Shown: piece by piece, positions 51,180 through 64,000 of the stretch
Layout: every line of letters starts with the position of its first letter
Numbering within the stretch: the first letter of the stretch is position 1
Source of the DNA: Anthoceros angustus
Lineage: Eukaryota; Plantae; Anthocerotophyta
DNA: 64,000 nucleotides
Assembly (NCBI GenBank): GCA_010909165.1
Contig: VJWM01000116.1
Location: 372,001-436,000 of the forward strand
Reading direction: 5' to 3'
The notes under the pieces: model-generated
The model's input: only the letters and a program-made list of their open reading frames with translations
Database searches by the model: none
What the model was told of the DNA's origin: nothing
Translations under genes and position numbers: made by a program

Positions 51180-52011
51180 ATGGGGAAGTCTTACAAGGAG
51201 ACGTTTACCCTAGGTCAGGATCCCGTAAATTCGTATGTGATCTGGCGTAGCTTGCTGTTTGATCTAACTAGCTAGCATGTGCAAACAGCGGAGAGGACCG
51301 AGGAGGCTCAGAGGGTGAAAGAAAAATACCCGGACAGGATTCCAGTATGTGCACAAGCTTGTGTCGCTTTCCCTCTAGCTTTCCCACTACCTCCCTGCTG
51401 AAAGCTTCTCTATACCCTTAGTTGTCGTTTGGTCATGCTGGCTGCTTTTCCATGATGAAGCTGTGCTTGTTGGTCGTCCGCTGTTGCATCTTACGGTTGT
51501 GTGGGATTGCAGGTCGTGGTTGAGAGGGCTCCGAGTGCCGGTGTTCCCGAATTGGAAAAGAAGAAGTAGGGTTCGCTGCTTTCGTCAATCTCAAAGCATT
51601 TGCATTTCTAACCCCCTCCATATCTCCAACCTTGTTCCTGTGTCGTCTTATGGTGTCGATGCTGGTGCCGCCTGGTTGTTGCGTGGCAGGTTTTTGGTTA
51701 CAGGCGACTTGACAGTGGGACAATTCGTGCATGAGGTTGGGCATCGAATCAAGCTCAAACCTGGAGAGGCTCTCTTTGTCTTTGTGAACGGGGTGCTTCC
51801 TGAAATAGGTAGTTCCTCACACTCACATGCTACACGCCGCCAGATTGCCTCACCCTCTCCTCTCTATCTTGCTCATCGTGATCATGTTTTGGATGTAGGT
51901 GCCATGATGGGCGATGTGCACGCAGCTCACCGTGACGTGGACGGATTCTTGTATCTCGTCTACAGTGGCGAGAAGGCGTTCGGGGCCTTGCTATCAGATA
52001 TCCGGTCCTGA
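51180..52011 (+). CDS. ATG8: Autophagy protein ATG8, divergent; 5 exons
   Basis: Spliced MGKSYKETFTLAERTEEAQRVKEKYPDRIPVVVERAP...EKKKFLV...LTVGQF...ALFVFVN...DGFLYLVYSGEKAFG-ALLSDIRS. Confidence 0.9.
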
Positions 52012-52322
52012 ACGCCTAGGCTCCTGGTAATTGTACATACGGCTACGATGTCAAGCGCACAGATTTGTACAGGGTGTGTGATAGTCTTAAATTCCCAGAC
52101 TGTGCTGGCGAGGATGGCTATGTGACCGTTTTCCGTAGCATTCTTCACCGATTCTTTCTTTGTGAATAATACGTTTTTTCGCTTCTCATTTATTTGACGT
52201 AAGGCTTAATCCATGCCAAGTGGCGGCCAGAGGGCCACGTCTGACCGCGTCCGATAACCGTGGTTGGATGTTTCGGAAACCGTTTTGATCGCTTGCTCAC
52301 TGCCAGAACTGGATCTGCAGCG

Positions 52323-52989
52323 ATGGCAATGGCAGCACTGTGCTCTGTGTGCCCCGCTGCTTGCGCGCTGAACAGGGCGGCCCCTTCTGCTTCTGCCTCT
52401 GCTTCTTCGTCCCTCGGGTATGGATTAGGGTTTCCAGGTTGCGGGACGGGGGCTGAATCCGCTGGAGCTGACTGGCGTGTGTTGTTTGTCTGCCTTGCGG
52501 CAGCTCCTTGCCTTCGCTCCCAGTCAGGCATGTAGCAGGAACGGCTGGAAGCGCAAGGCCCCTTCGCTTCTCCGTCAGGGCTGCCAAGGCTCCCCCGGGG
52601 GTGAGTGTGCTGTGCACCGTTTCTGCGTATCGAGACGCAGAAATCTGAATGCAAGGGAGAAAATGCTGGTCTTTGAAGGTTTCAGCAGCAATGCTGTTGG
52701 ATGATTGTAGGTGGAGCCCCCCAAGGAGCAGCCCAAGCTGCCGGTGTCGTTCTGGGGATTTACGGAGAATGCGGAGGTTTGGAATTCACGAGCTGCCATG
52801 ATCGGCATTTTCGGCATCGTTTTGGTTGAATTGGTAAGATCGAGCAAGTCATGATTTTACTGGTGATGGCAGTTGTGGATTGGGCCCTCGTGTTGTTCTG
52901 ACACTGCTTCTTGTTCGCAGTTTGCTCAGAAAGGGATTCTACAGCTGCTTGGTGTGGAGATCGGTAAAGGCCTTGATCTTCCACTGTGA
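52323..52989 (+). CDS. OHP1: One-helix protein 1 (HLIP/LHC-like), 4 exons (52323-52417, 52504-52600, 52711-52833, 52921-52989)
   Basis: In-frame splicing gives ...VRAAKAPPGVEPPKEQPK...GFTENAEVWNSRAAMIG...KGILQLLGVEIGKGLDLPL*. Confidence 0.93.
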
Positions 52990-53377
52990 GGGATATCTGC
53001 GAGGGACGCTGGATGTTCCTGGAGTTTAGAGATCAAGCTTGTCCTATAGGATAAGATTCACATACATAGCGTCATTCTTACTATGTGGTATGGTCTTCAA
53101 GAGCACTGGGGACTTCGCCCTCGTTAATGAGAATTTTTAGTTCGAGCAGCAGCACATATAGAAGGCGACAGCTAGTCCCAACATGGGCCCTGTTTGGTGC
53201 AGGTGATGGCAGAGCAGAATTCTCATCACTGGCCGGACAAAAATATGACCTCTGGCACAATCATGACAGACGTGGGCAAAAGGAGTCCGGCGAATCGTCC
53301 GCCTGGAAGAGAATAATCTATTGTGCAACAACGAGATCCTAGGTGGGTGGAAACCTTTCCAAAAGATGGATTCCCAC

Positions 53378-54556
53378 TCACTTCTTGCCACCCCCTGAGA
53401 CGTTGAACTTGAAGAAGATGATGTCCCCATCCTGCACGACATAGTTCTTGCCTTCCTGCTTGTACTTCCCAGCAGCCTTCACAGCTGACTCGGACCCAAG
53501 CTCTTGAAGGTCTTCAAACTTCATGACTTCGGCACAGATAAAGCCCTTCTCAAAATCAGTGTGAATGGCACCAGCTGCTTGTGGAGCTTTCGACTGCTTC
53601 CGAATCTGCCAACATTTGACCTCATCTGGGCCAGCTGTGAAGAAATAAATGAGGTTGATCGCAGAGAATCCAGTTTTTATGATCTTGGGCAAGGCGCTCT
53701 GCAGCTGATTGTCTTGCAGATACTTGGCAGCTTCCTCAGGTTCCATGTCTGCGAGCTTCTGCTCCAGAGCACCGCAGAAGGGAATGATGGTTTCACCTCC
53801 ATGTTCCTGCACCCAAGTGTGGATCTTGGCTAGCCACTTGTTCTTCTTCCTCTGATAGTCCTTCTCGGTCAGATTTATGAGATAGACAACAGGTTTCCCA
53901 GACAGCAACTGCAGAGTGTTCAAAATCTCAACCTCCACGGCCTTCCAGTCCCCGAACCGAACATCCTTTCCATCCTGAATCCACTGAAGCAGCCTCTGAC
54001 AGAAATCAAATTCAATCTTGCTCTGCTTGTCATTGCTCCGTTTCAAGATCTTCTCCAGGTCCTCTAACCTTCTCTGCACGAACTCGATGTCCTTCAGTCG
54101 CAGTTCCTGGTGGATCAGCTCCATATCTCTAATCGGATCCACCGTGTCCTCCACATGGACAATGTCCGGATCATCGAACGCTCTCAAAACATGAAAAATA
54201 CCATCCACAGCTCGTATGTGGGACAAAAAGCTGTTCCCCAATCCCTGCCCCTCATTGGCCCCCCGGACCAGCCCTGCTATGTCGTGCACCTCCAGAAAAG
54301 CGGACACCTCGCTCTTAGGCTTGAACAACTGGCACAGCCACTCGAATCGTTTGTCCGGAACATTCACACGAGCTTCATTGGGCTCGATGGTGCAGAAGGG
54401 GAAATTCTCTGCTGGGATGGACAGCTTGGTCAGAGTGTTGAACAACGTTGATTTGCCGACATTAGGCAAACCCACAATCCCTATCTTCAAGTGCGATGAA
54501 AAGCGGCCCAAAATTGGGCGCTCTTGAACGGGCTCCTTCGAGGCTTTGGGCGGCAT
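53378..54556 (-). CDS. OLA1: Obg-like ATPase OLA1/YchF, intron-free CDS
   Basis: MPPKASKE...[61 protein letters not shown]. Confidence 0.96.
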   Translation of the reverse strand: MPPKASKEPVQERPILGRFSSHLKIGIVGLPNVGKSTLFNTLTKLSIPAENFPFCTIEPNEARVNVPDKRFEWLCQLFKPKSEVSAFLEVHDIAGLVRGANEGQGLGNSFLSHIRAVDGIFHVLRAFDDPDIVHVEDTVDPIRDMELIHQELRLKDIEFVQRRLEDLEKILKRSNDKQSKIEFDFCQRLLQWIQDGKDVRFGDWKAVEVEILNTLQLLSGKPVVYLINLTEKDYQRKKNKWLAKIHTWVQEHGGETIIPFCGALEQKLADMEPEEAAKYLQDNQLQSALPKIIKTGFSAINLIYFFTAGPDEVKCWQIRKQSKAPQAAGAIHTDFEKGFICAEVMKFEDLQELGSESAVKAAGKYKQEGKNYVVQDGDIIFFKFNVSGGGKK

Positions 54557-55609
54557 TTTCAACAACCTTAGATGTCCTGCAACCAGCATCTACCCACGTC
54601 ACCAAACAAGACATGCAACATGCAAACCTACAACATGCACACAAATTTCTTACTTCACGGAATCCCAACCAGAACCAAACCAAGTGCACGTCTGCGGGCA
54701 GCAGTCCAGTAGAGAGACAAACCTGGCTGTCTCCAGATTCAGCAGACTGTTTGCTCAAGCATCCTCATACCAGCAGCCGTCGAAGCCTTTAACCCTTAAT
54801 GACTTGCGAACTGGAGACCTAGATGTAGGAAGCCCTAGCCCAGTCTTCACTTAACCGTGGTTACAGTACCCACCCAACAATTGCGGGAAGTCGGATAGTG
54901 ACATTGATTCTGGAAGTTATCGGTACACGTATAAGTGCTTTAAATATTATAAAAAGGTACATGTGATTATATGAAGATATAGATTTTAAAATTATTAGAT
55001 AAATCTTTTAATATATCATTTTAGCTTTGCAGTATACAGACATAGGTATCTAGTATCATTCTTAAAGATTACTCCAGAACACGTTAATCTCATTTTAATA
55101 TTTTGTGTTTCATGGTAACACACAATGTCTTGTAAGTTACTTAACTTAAAACCTTTAATAAATTATTCTTGACTCTAAAATAATCTATGTATTTACGCTA
55201 CAAACCTAGAAGAGTGTTGCGATTAGGCTCTCTTCAGTATGTTGGGGTGGTCTCTCTTCAGTATCGTCTGAAAATTTTTTCTTCTTCTGAAAAGTTGAAT
55301 TCTAACTTATCTCAGGTAGGCATACTTTTCTACTTTTAGGTCTTCACAAAGTTGAAATTTTTTTCTGTATATCGAATCGACCTTTCTATATGCTACAATA
55401 TGACTATTAAGAGAACAGATTTTAATTCTTGGATTATAAATACTTGAAAAGAACTTGGAGATAGAACCCCTAGAGATTTACTTGGATGAGAAAGTTCAAA
55501 TCTCCCATAAGAAAGCAGCTAGATTTGCAACATTTTAAGGTGTAAAGGTGCAATAATATGTAATTACTTAAATAAAAATCCGTACTGAATTCATTCAGTC
55601 TGATTGCAA

Positions 55610-55960
55610 AACGCCTGTAACTTATCCTTGTTAGACCTCCAGTGAATTGGCAGCCTTTAACTTATCCTTCTTAGATTTTCATTGAACTGACAACCTATAA
55701 TTTTGTTCTTCGTAGACGTCCATTGACTGTAACTTATCCCTTTTAGAATTTGCTACAACTGGTGGCAACCTATAATTTTATCCTTCTTAGACTTCTATTG
55801 GCTGTAACTTATCCCTCTTAGACTTCGCTACAACTGGCATAAGATCATCGTTGACTTATAATAGATGTACACACAATTTGCTGGTAAATATGTATGTTGA
55901 GCTTGGGATTTAGAAAAACAAATAAGTTATCCTTCTTATACTTCCGTTGAACTAGTACAA
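55610..55960. repeat. Degenerate ~40-bp tandem repeat (taacttatccttcttagacttc...) x~7
   Basis: Recurring units visible directly. Confidence 0.75.
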
Positions 55961-56699
55961 GATCATGGTTGACTTACAACATGTAACTTTAAATGTTTGA
56001 GCTATATTTGGATTCTATTTCATATGTCCAAAATTGATTAATATTTTTTTATGTTACAAACCCTCAATATAAACTTAATATATGTATGCACCATGAGTGC
56101 ATGCATACATGAGACTTTGAAGTTACATTGTAAATATATTATAGGAGTTCTCCTGTTGGAAATCTCCTATTGCTCCTACAATGTGGAAGTTCTACCGGAA
56201 ATCTCCTATTGCTTCTACAATGTCCAAGCCGGGGATAATAATACAAGCAAGTAAAATATGGCGGAGGCTAGTCCCCCTTGGCATGGTGGCCTCCTAAGGG
56301 TTGTTCCCCCTTTTTCCCATCTTTTTTTTTTAAATAAAAGTTTTAAATCACAGCAAAATATCTCATAGATTGATTGTAAGAAGTTTATCAATTAAGTTAT
56401 ATATTTTATATTGATAATACTGATATAAAATAGTAATAATGAAAACACTCTGATCTTTGATTTTATTGTAATAAACTTAACTAACTTTAGTTTTTCTGTT
56501 AAGCTTGTTTGTTTTACCTTGGAGACGAACTATCTTATGATTCAATAAATAGACATGATATGATAAATTATATTATAATTAAATAAGAAAATTATAACGA
56601 TCAGAATTATAAAAATACATTTGACAAAGGACAAGAAGTTTTTGACCAAGAGAGATCATGTTGTAAATTAAGCTAATACAAGTTCTTGAATCTTGAACG

Positions 56700-56825
56700 G
56701 ACATTATGGATGAGACAAGTTTTTGGAGAAACACAATGGGTGAGACAAGTTTTGGGAGAAACACAATGGGTGAGACAAGTTTTGGGAGAAGACACAATGG
56801 ATGAGACAAATTTTTAAGGAGAAGA
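56700..56825. repeat. ~30-bp tandem repeat (tgagacaagtttt(g)ggagaaacacaatgg) x4
   Basis: Units visible directly. Confidence 0.85.
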
Positions 56826-57957
56826 CATACTGAGTGAGGGGAAGACATAATGCTGTAGACTAGACTGTAAGTACGAAAGTTTTGTAGAAGATCTAGGTTA
56901 TGAATACGAAAGTTTTCTAGAAGATCTAAATTATGAGCGCTAGCCCGTACCCACGAAATAGAAATGCATGAAAGTTATGGGCGCTGCGAGAAGGGCGCTG
57001 CGAGAAAAGTTTTGTAAAAGTTTGAAGATATATCAATTAATGAACACTGACGCTATGAGGTTCGAACTTGAGTCTTATGGTCTTTAGGGTTTTTAACCCA
57101 TGCTACTTAACGTTGCCCGGACCATCTGAAATTACTACTTGACAAGAAATATTATCTCAAGTTGTCACATGAAACGAAATATTAGCTATAGAAACCAGGC
57201 CAGTGGCCCACAAGAAGCATTTTGTCATTCCCTGACTTCTTCCTCGATGGTTATTACGAGAATCGATCTCGCGCGCTGAGTTGCCTAAAATCCTACTTTT
57301 AGATCAAACGCCGACATAATTTTGGTAAGGAAGATATCACATGATAGGATTAGAAGCTAAAGGTACAAAATTTTTATAATATTTTACTGAGTTAAGGATG
57401 TTAAATCTGGGCTAGTGGAAAGACCCATTATCGTATCTAGCTCAACATCGACATCTGCTACATCTAGGGGGCGGTAGCGAGCTTCACATAGGCATCTACG
57501 ATATCTATATTGTGGCTCATAGAATAAAGTTATGGTCATTAAAGAGTAGAATTTAGACTGTCCGCATACTAGCACATATGCTTGTCGTGCTGATGTTTCC
57601 CTCTAGTATTGCAGCTATTACATGCTTGTACCATGTCTCACAATACTACATATTTCTTACTGCAACGCCATTTGTCCTCCCTAGCCTCCAGCATTTGTCT
57701 CCAACAAAACATCCCCTACCTTGTGTCTCTACAAAGACTGAGTAAATCCAGCGCAATGCTAACCATCCGTAGGCATATATTTTCATATAGTGAGCCTGAT
57801 ATAACCAAACCATTATGTCACAATTTAGTTTATAATGGGAGTGAAAATACGGGTACAATTGTTCCCATATGGCATTTGCACTTGTCACACTCATGTACAA
57901 CTATGATATTTCTTGAAAGAAAATTTATCAATCATAAAGCAAGCGAAGCACAAGGCT

Positions 57958-58457
57958 AAAGCTAAGGTGTCCAGCTGGGTAGGCTCGCTCTTGTGATTAC
58001 GGAGATAACTTGTCGAGGTGTCTGGCTTATGGTCATAATCGACTTGAGATAGCAAAAGTTGATCGCCGGATCCCATGTGAAACCAACACATGTTCATGTT
58101 GGAGTGTAGTTTGCACTGTACAGTAGTATGAACAATCCGCAATGCTCAGGAAGGTTTTGGGAGAGATGTGATTGCCGTAGAAGTCTGTGTTGGGTACACA
58201 GTCCACCCACAACTGCTGCAATCGCCGTCTGGTGTAACCGAACCCTAATTCACATCACGAGCCTGACCACAGACCGTCTGGCAAATAGTTGTACAAGATA
58301 CCACCGAGTCACTGACCAGTGACCACCTCAGACCATCCACGATTCCACGAATTGCGGCAGTGTATGGAGTCGCATCTTACCTTGGCCGACCGAGAGCGTG
58401 GCCATCGCCAATGCCAACAGAGTGGCCATCTGCAGAACTGCAAAATGAAACTTCTTC
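57958..58457 (-). CDS. Small secreted PAN/Apple-domain protein (disrupted or error-containing), 2 exons
   Basis: Signal-peptide exon MKKFHFAVLQMATLLALAMATLSVGQ then gtaag. Exon 2 reads NTDFYGNHI...SIADCSYYC...TCVGFTWDPAINFCYLKS, which needs 2 indels and has an in-frame TGA. Confidence 0.5.
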
Positions 58458-60004
58458 ATGGCCATGGGCGATCGCGACAAAAAGAAAACAGAGAACCGCG
58501 TACGGGATTGGAAGGATATGTGGGCGCTGAGCAGAAGATGGCGAGCAGAGTTGGATGGCGACTGGCGTTTCCACAAAGCTCGTGTTTGCAAAGTTTACAC
58601 ATGATTCCACGATTCCTTTGGAATTGGATCTGCGACTTTAAGTTTTAAGTTTGAAGTTCCTTGCAAGCGTCGTGTTCAAGAGAGAAACTTTTACGCTTGT
58701 CGAGGCTGGTCCATCTCTGCAGCAGTGCAGATCCACTTGCGTCGGGAACGACTCTGATCCGACTTAGGCTTTAGAGACATTTTGGATACGACCTAGGCCC
58801 GCCAGCTTCGCGCCCTACTTCTTCTCTGTCTCTACGCGAGCGATGGGGCGGGTGGTGTCCCGAGACCGAGGCGTTAGGGTCCACTTCTACGAAGCTTACT
58901 CCATGCGGCTAGATCGCCTATCGATGTATCTCACCATGCTACTTTGATGCCTTACTATGTATTTGTAGTCTTCTTACGAAGATGTTTCCGTGCTCCCAAA
59001 GCATATGATCCATCTTGTCAAGGCTTGTGGCTAATTGATCTGCCGGCCAAAGAAGGCATGAATTGTCAGCAATCGACGGGAAAACGTCAGGAGCATTCCA
59101 CGAGCTGGAGAGCCAGAGCACAAGAGTGTTATTCAAGACTTGAAGCAACACTAACTCTGCAAGAACCAAGGACACACCTCGTTTTTAAGGAAACAGCAGG
59201 TGATGTTGGAAGGAGGGAGAGAAGTGTCAGAATGCACGGAATTGAAGATTTCTCTATACAAATGCTGCTTCTGCAGTCTTGGATAACTATCCCTTCACTC
59301 CCACTAGGCAAATGCTGCTTCCAACCACATCTTAAGCTAATTTGCTCTGGAGGCGAGGAGCTATCCCGATGAGACAATCGAGGGAAAACCATCCGCCGCA
59401 GCGCCACGATGTAAACCGCATCTTCCGCTCGCTTCACAAGGTGGCCTCCCTGAGAGTGCATCACATCTTGAATGCCGCGCAATTCTTCATGATCGAGACT
59501 ATACAAGGCTTCCGTGACCTCCAAGTCCCCCCCCCCGTGTTGCGCCGCCTGCGCACTCGTCAGCTGCTCTACCGCGATCTTCTGACTCATCATGTGCTTC
59601 CCCTTTACACTGGACAGTCAATAGATGCTGGCAGAGATCAGCATCGCCGGGAGGAGGCGGGCGACGCAGGACGCCATCTCCAGCACTGTCAAAAGGTTAA
59701 GCAACGTTGCTGCAACAAGGCTCAGCGTGGAAACCAACGTGCCGCCTGTTATTCCTCGTTCACCATGATTCTCCGTATTTCTTTGTCCAACATTCTTTAA
59801 CGGCTCCACCTCTGCAGGCGCCAATTCGCTTGCTTGCCATCGGTGTGGATGCTTCAATTTTTGGATTATCTACTTCACAAGACGGGATGTCGCCACCACC
59901 TAGAGGACACAAGAGCTTCCGTACTTGCCAGCAAGGGAGATCCGTCGAGTTGAGAAAACTCTTCAAACATCTGAAAACGAGATGTGCTGTTGGAATCTTA
60001 CTGA

Positions 60005-60340
60005 TCAGTCAGCTCGCAACCGGCCATCAGCACAAACGCCTTCAGTGCAGTTGAAAGTGTTGCAAACAATGTCACATCCGCCACAGTTGTTGTTATCCAC
60101 TGAAACATCGCTGCAAATGAAGGAAGTGTTGTTGTCGATGTTGCAGCAGGTGAGGTCGATGCCAGGACGAGGTAAACTGGCAGACAGATTCCTGCAAAAG
60201 GATGGCTGGACCTCACAGGAAGTCACAGGAACCGCTGGCGGGGGCGCAGGCGCCCGGCTGTGGCGGGGTAGCTTGCTGCACGCCGTGTCTGTGTTGATGA
60301 ACAAAAGAACGCAAACAAGCGAAGTCCAGGCTTGAGCCAT
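60005..60340 (-). CDS. STIG1-like secreted cysteine-rich protein
   Basis: Hydrophobic N-terminus, Pro-rich linker, TCC...CSDVSVDNNNCGGCDIVCNTFNCTEGVC. Confidence 0.7.
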   Translation of the reverse strand: MAQAWTSLVCVLLFINTDTACSKLPRHSRAPAPPPAVPVTSCEVQPSFCRNLSASLPRPGIDLTCCNIDNNTSFICSDVSVDNNNCGGCDIVCNTFNCTEGVCADGRLRAD

Positions 60341-60768
60341 CGTACCGATGAGGTGCTCGGCAGCAAACCAAGCCAATGTCGATGTTTTCGCTTCCATCAC
60401 CTAAATCAATACTAGCTTCATTTGAGAAACGTCTACCGGCCTAGGAATAAGAGCGGCACAAGTATTCTTGTTTCTTGAAATTCTACATCCAAACAAATAC
60501 TCGGATATACCGTTGACTGAATATCTCAGTGAAAGGAGCCGGATATTGAATGAATATCGACAACTGCATTGACCAAAAGTCTCCAAAGCACGAGATATGT
60601 ACAAAACAGACCACAGAGACTATTTACGACCCACGCCGGGACACCAAAATGGGGTAGCGAAACGTCTTCCGACGAAGACTTCACTGCGTGATTGGTATGA
60701 ACCAGCATTACCCCACAACTCCTACAGGACTCGAATTGGAACACGCATTTCTACCAGTACTCAAAGAC

Positions 60769-62024
<1,256 letters not shown>

Positions 62025-62914
62025 GACGAGAGGTTGTCGACCTTGGTGAGGAGGATGCACACTGCGGCGGCGCTAGGACAACAAGATAGGCTGATCGAGC
62101 AGCGGGAGTCGGAAGGACAAGGACGGGAGTTTCAAACCAAAAAGCAAGCGTGTTTTGGATCTGGATCCTGGGCGTCGCGTTTGAATGCCAAGCACCAGGA
62201 AACTAGAACCGGAACCGGCTACGAAACGCTTCTAATCGACTCAATCTTAAACGAACCAAACGTTTCTTTAATTTTTGAAGGTAGACCAGACCAGGCCGTT
62301 CCATGCATTTTCCTCGTAATTCAAGCTGTGCGCTGTTGTTTTAGAGAAAAAAAGGACGCTGGCGCGCTTTTTCCTTCATTCTATGCAAGATAAGTAAAAA
62401 GGTATTCCACATGAGCATCGATGACCCTATGGGATACCGTTCTTGTCACACCCCGCGGACATGGAATACCGTACCCCGGGGGATGGTTCAACAGGATAAT
62501 GCCGAAATAATTATTTTTTTTAAAGTTCAATATAAATATTTATATTTTCAAAATTTAAATATTTATGAAAAATGATTTAATCAAATTTCAATATTTATTA
62601 AAATACATAGGTATCTATATAGAACTAATGGATATGTATAGACCTCCCCTAAATAGGCCCTAATTTTCCACACAGACCCTAGTTCCCTTATTTTCGGCAT
62701 CTTAAACTCATAAATTTGTACATATTCAGCATTTTAAGTATAATAATTTCTGGATTTTCAACTTTTACTAATTTTAATTAATTAACGTCGAATCACTCCT
62801 CGGGTACGGTATTAATCTCTTCAGCGGCCGACTTGTGTGTGACATTATTTTTGGTGGTATTGGATGTGAAAATAGGCATCCTCCAAAGAATTGGTATTAA
62901 CATATTCATGCCAC

Positions 62915-63120
62915 ATCACCCCTGGACCAGCCGCATGCCGCACAGAAGTTTCCATCATATACAACTTGGCCACAAGTGTATGGAATACCGAAGTGGTCAC
63001 GGGGCAGCCTATCACACAACTTGGCCAAAGGTGTATGGAATACCAAAGTCATTGCCGGGCGGCCTATCATACAGCTTGGCGACATGTGTATGGAATACCG
63101 TAGTCGTCACCGGGAGGCTT
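62915..63120. repeat. ~50-bp repeat (ttggccacaagtgtatggaatacc...) x3
   Basis: Units visible directly. Confidence 0.75.
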
Positions 63121-63294
63121 GTATGTGACAACTTTTTCTTCACAAGTATTCTACACTTAGATGCCTGGACATTTTTAAGATTCCTTTGTCTTGTATGGGC
63201 CACATCATTGCATGATGGGCTATATGCAACCAAAAACTTCTCATCTCACAACTTGGGCTCTAGTGTTCAGATGTTGTCATCCAGGTTTTTTCTT

Positions 63295-63560
63295 GCTGTT
63301 TAGGGTTTTTCTTACACACATACACATGTTTATGTTCGCTTGCTGTTTAGGGTTTTTCTTACACACATACACATGGTTCTGTTCGCTTGCTATTTAGGGT
63401 TTTTCTTACACACATACACATGTTTCTGTTCCTGTTTGCCTGCCGTTTAGGGTTGTTCTTACACACATACACATGTTTCTGTTCCTGTTCGACTGCCGTT
63501 TAGGGTTGTTCTTACACACATACACATGTTTCTGTTCGCCTAGAACACACATGTACATGA
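63295..63560. repeat. ~45-55-bp tandem repeat (tttagggtt(t/g)ttcttacacacatacacatgtttctgttc) x5
   Basis: Units visible directly; each begins with TTTAGGG. Confidence 0.85.
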
Positions 63561-64000
63561 TTGTTAGACATGTCTGGCCTTGTGCAAAGGCCACGGATAT
63601 TCACTCCCATGCAATGAATACGGATGCAACGGCTCGCCATTAAGTCACGATACGCATTGTCCTCTGAGCCATCTACCATAGAGGCCTGGTCAAGAATTGC
63701 TGACAGACTGCTCAAGGATTGCACAAGGCCATTTCCCCAATGTCTGCTTAAGGCCTGCTGAAAGTTTGCTGAAGGCTTTTGAAGGTTTGCTCAAAGGTGA
63801 CGAAGGCTGCTGAAGGTGTGCTCAAGGTTGCTCAAGGTCTACACATGGATGTTGCAATGGCTTATGGGTCCCATACTTTGTGCCTCAGGTTGAGGTTCGC
63901 GAGGGTTAGCCAGATGGGTGCTTGCGAGAATGTGCAAGCGCCAATGTTTCCACAATCCTAAGAAAGAAAAACTTGTTTATCCCAAAAAGATTCTTGACAC

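Noticed and set aside
51463-52011. 182-aa ORF as a protein (also 60769-61350 and 61608-62060)
   Set aside because: These read through introns of ATG8 and H3.3.
57040-57125. tRNA gene (GTTCGAACC B-box on the minus strand)
   Set aside because: I could not fold a cloverleaf; at most a SINE-like remnant.
59342-59800. Possible fasciclin-like coding fragment (LLTHHVLPLY)
   Set aside because: Codon bias suggests coding, but the motif match is too weak and no gene structure could be built.

Overview
This is eukaryotic nuclear DNA from a non-seed land plant. Short GT-AG introns and plant OHP1/RUS2/H3.3 point to a bryophyte; hornwort is only my guess. The sequence has many single-base indels that look like long-read consensus errors. 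Bases 1-40.5 kb are two near-identical ~21-kb tandem units (offset ~21,170). Each unit holds an intron-free KDM3/IBM1-type JmjC gene, a ~13-kb nested mobile-element block, and deleted pseudogene copies of a YgfZ-like gene and RUS2. An older third unit (40.4-46.9 kb) has the reverse pattern: truncated JMJ, intact YgfZ-like and RUS2. The nested block is a decayed CRE-clade non-LTR retrotransposon (RT, CCHC knuckle, RLE endonuclease) whose RT segment is inverted. It is split, inside the reconstructed reading RDII-FSIAMK, by an ~8-kb element with 32-bp TIRs and an ATAT target-site duplication. That element carries a frameshifted ~3-kb gene fusing a ParB-like domain to a beta-class (N4C/N6A-type) amino DNA methyltransferase, which is the main candidate for an undescribed system. 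The rest (47-64 kb) is ordinary gene-dense DNA: an unknown multi-exon gene, ATG8, OHP1, OLA1/YchF, small secreted PAN and STIG1-like proteins, histone H3.3 and short tandem repeats. Boundaries of degraded features are approximate, and no database searches were run.
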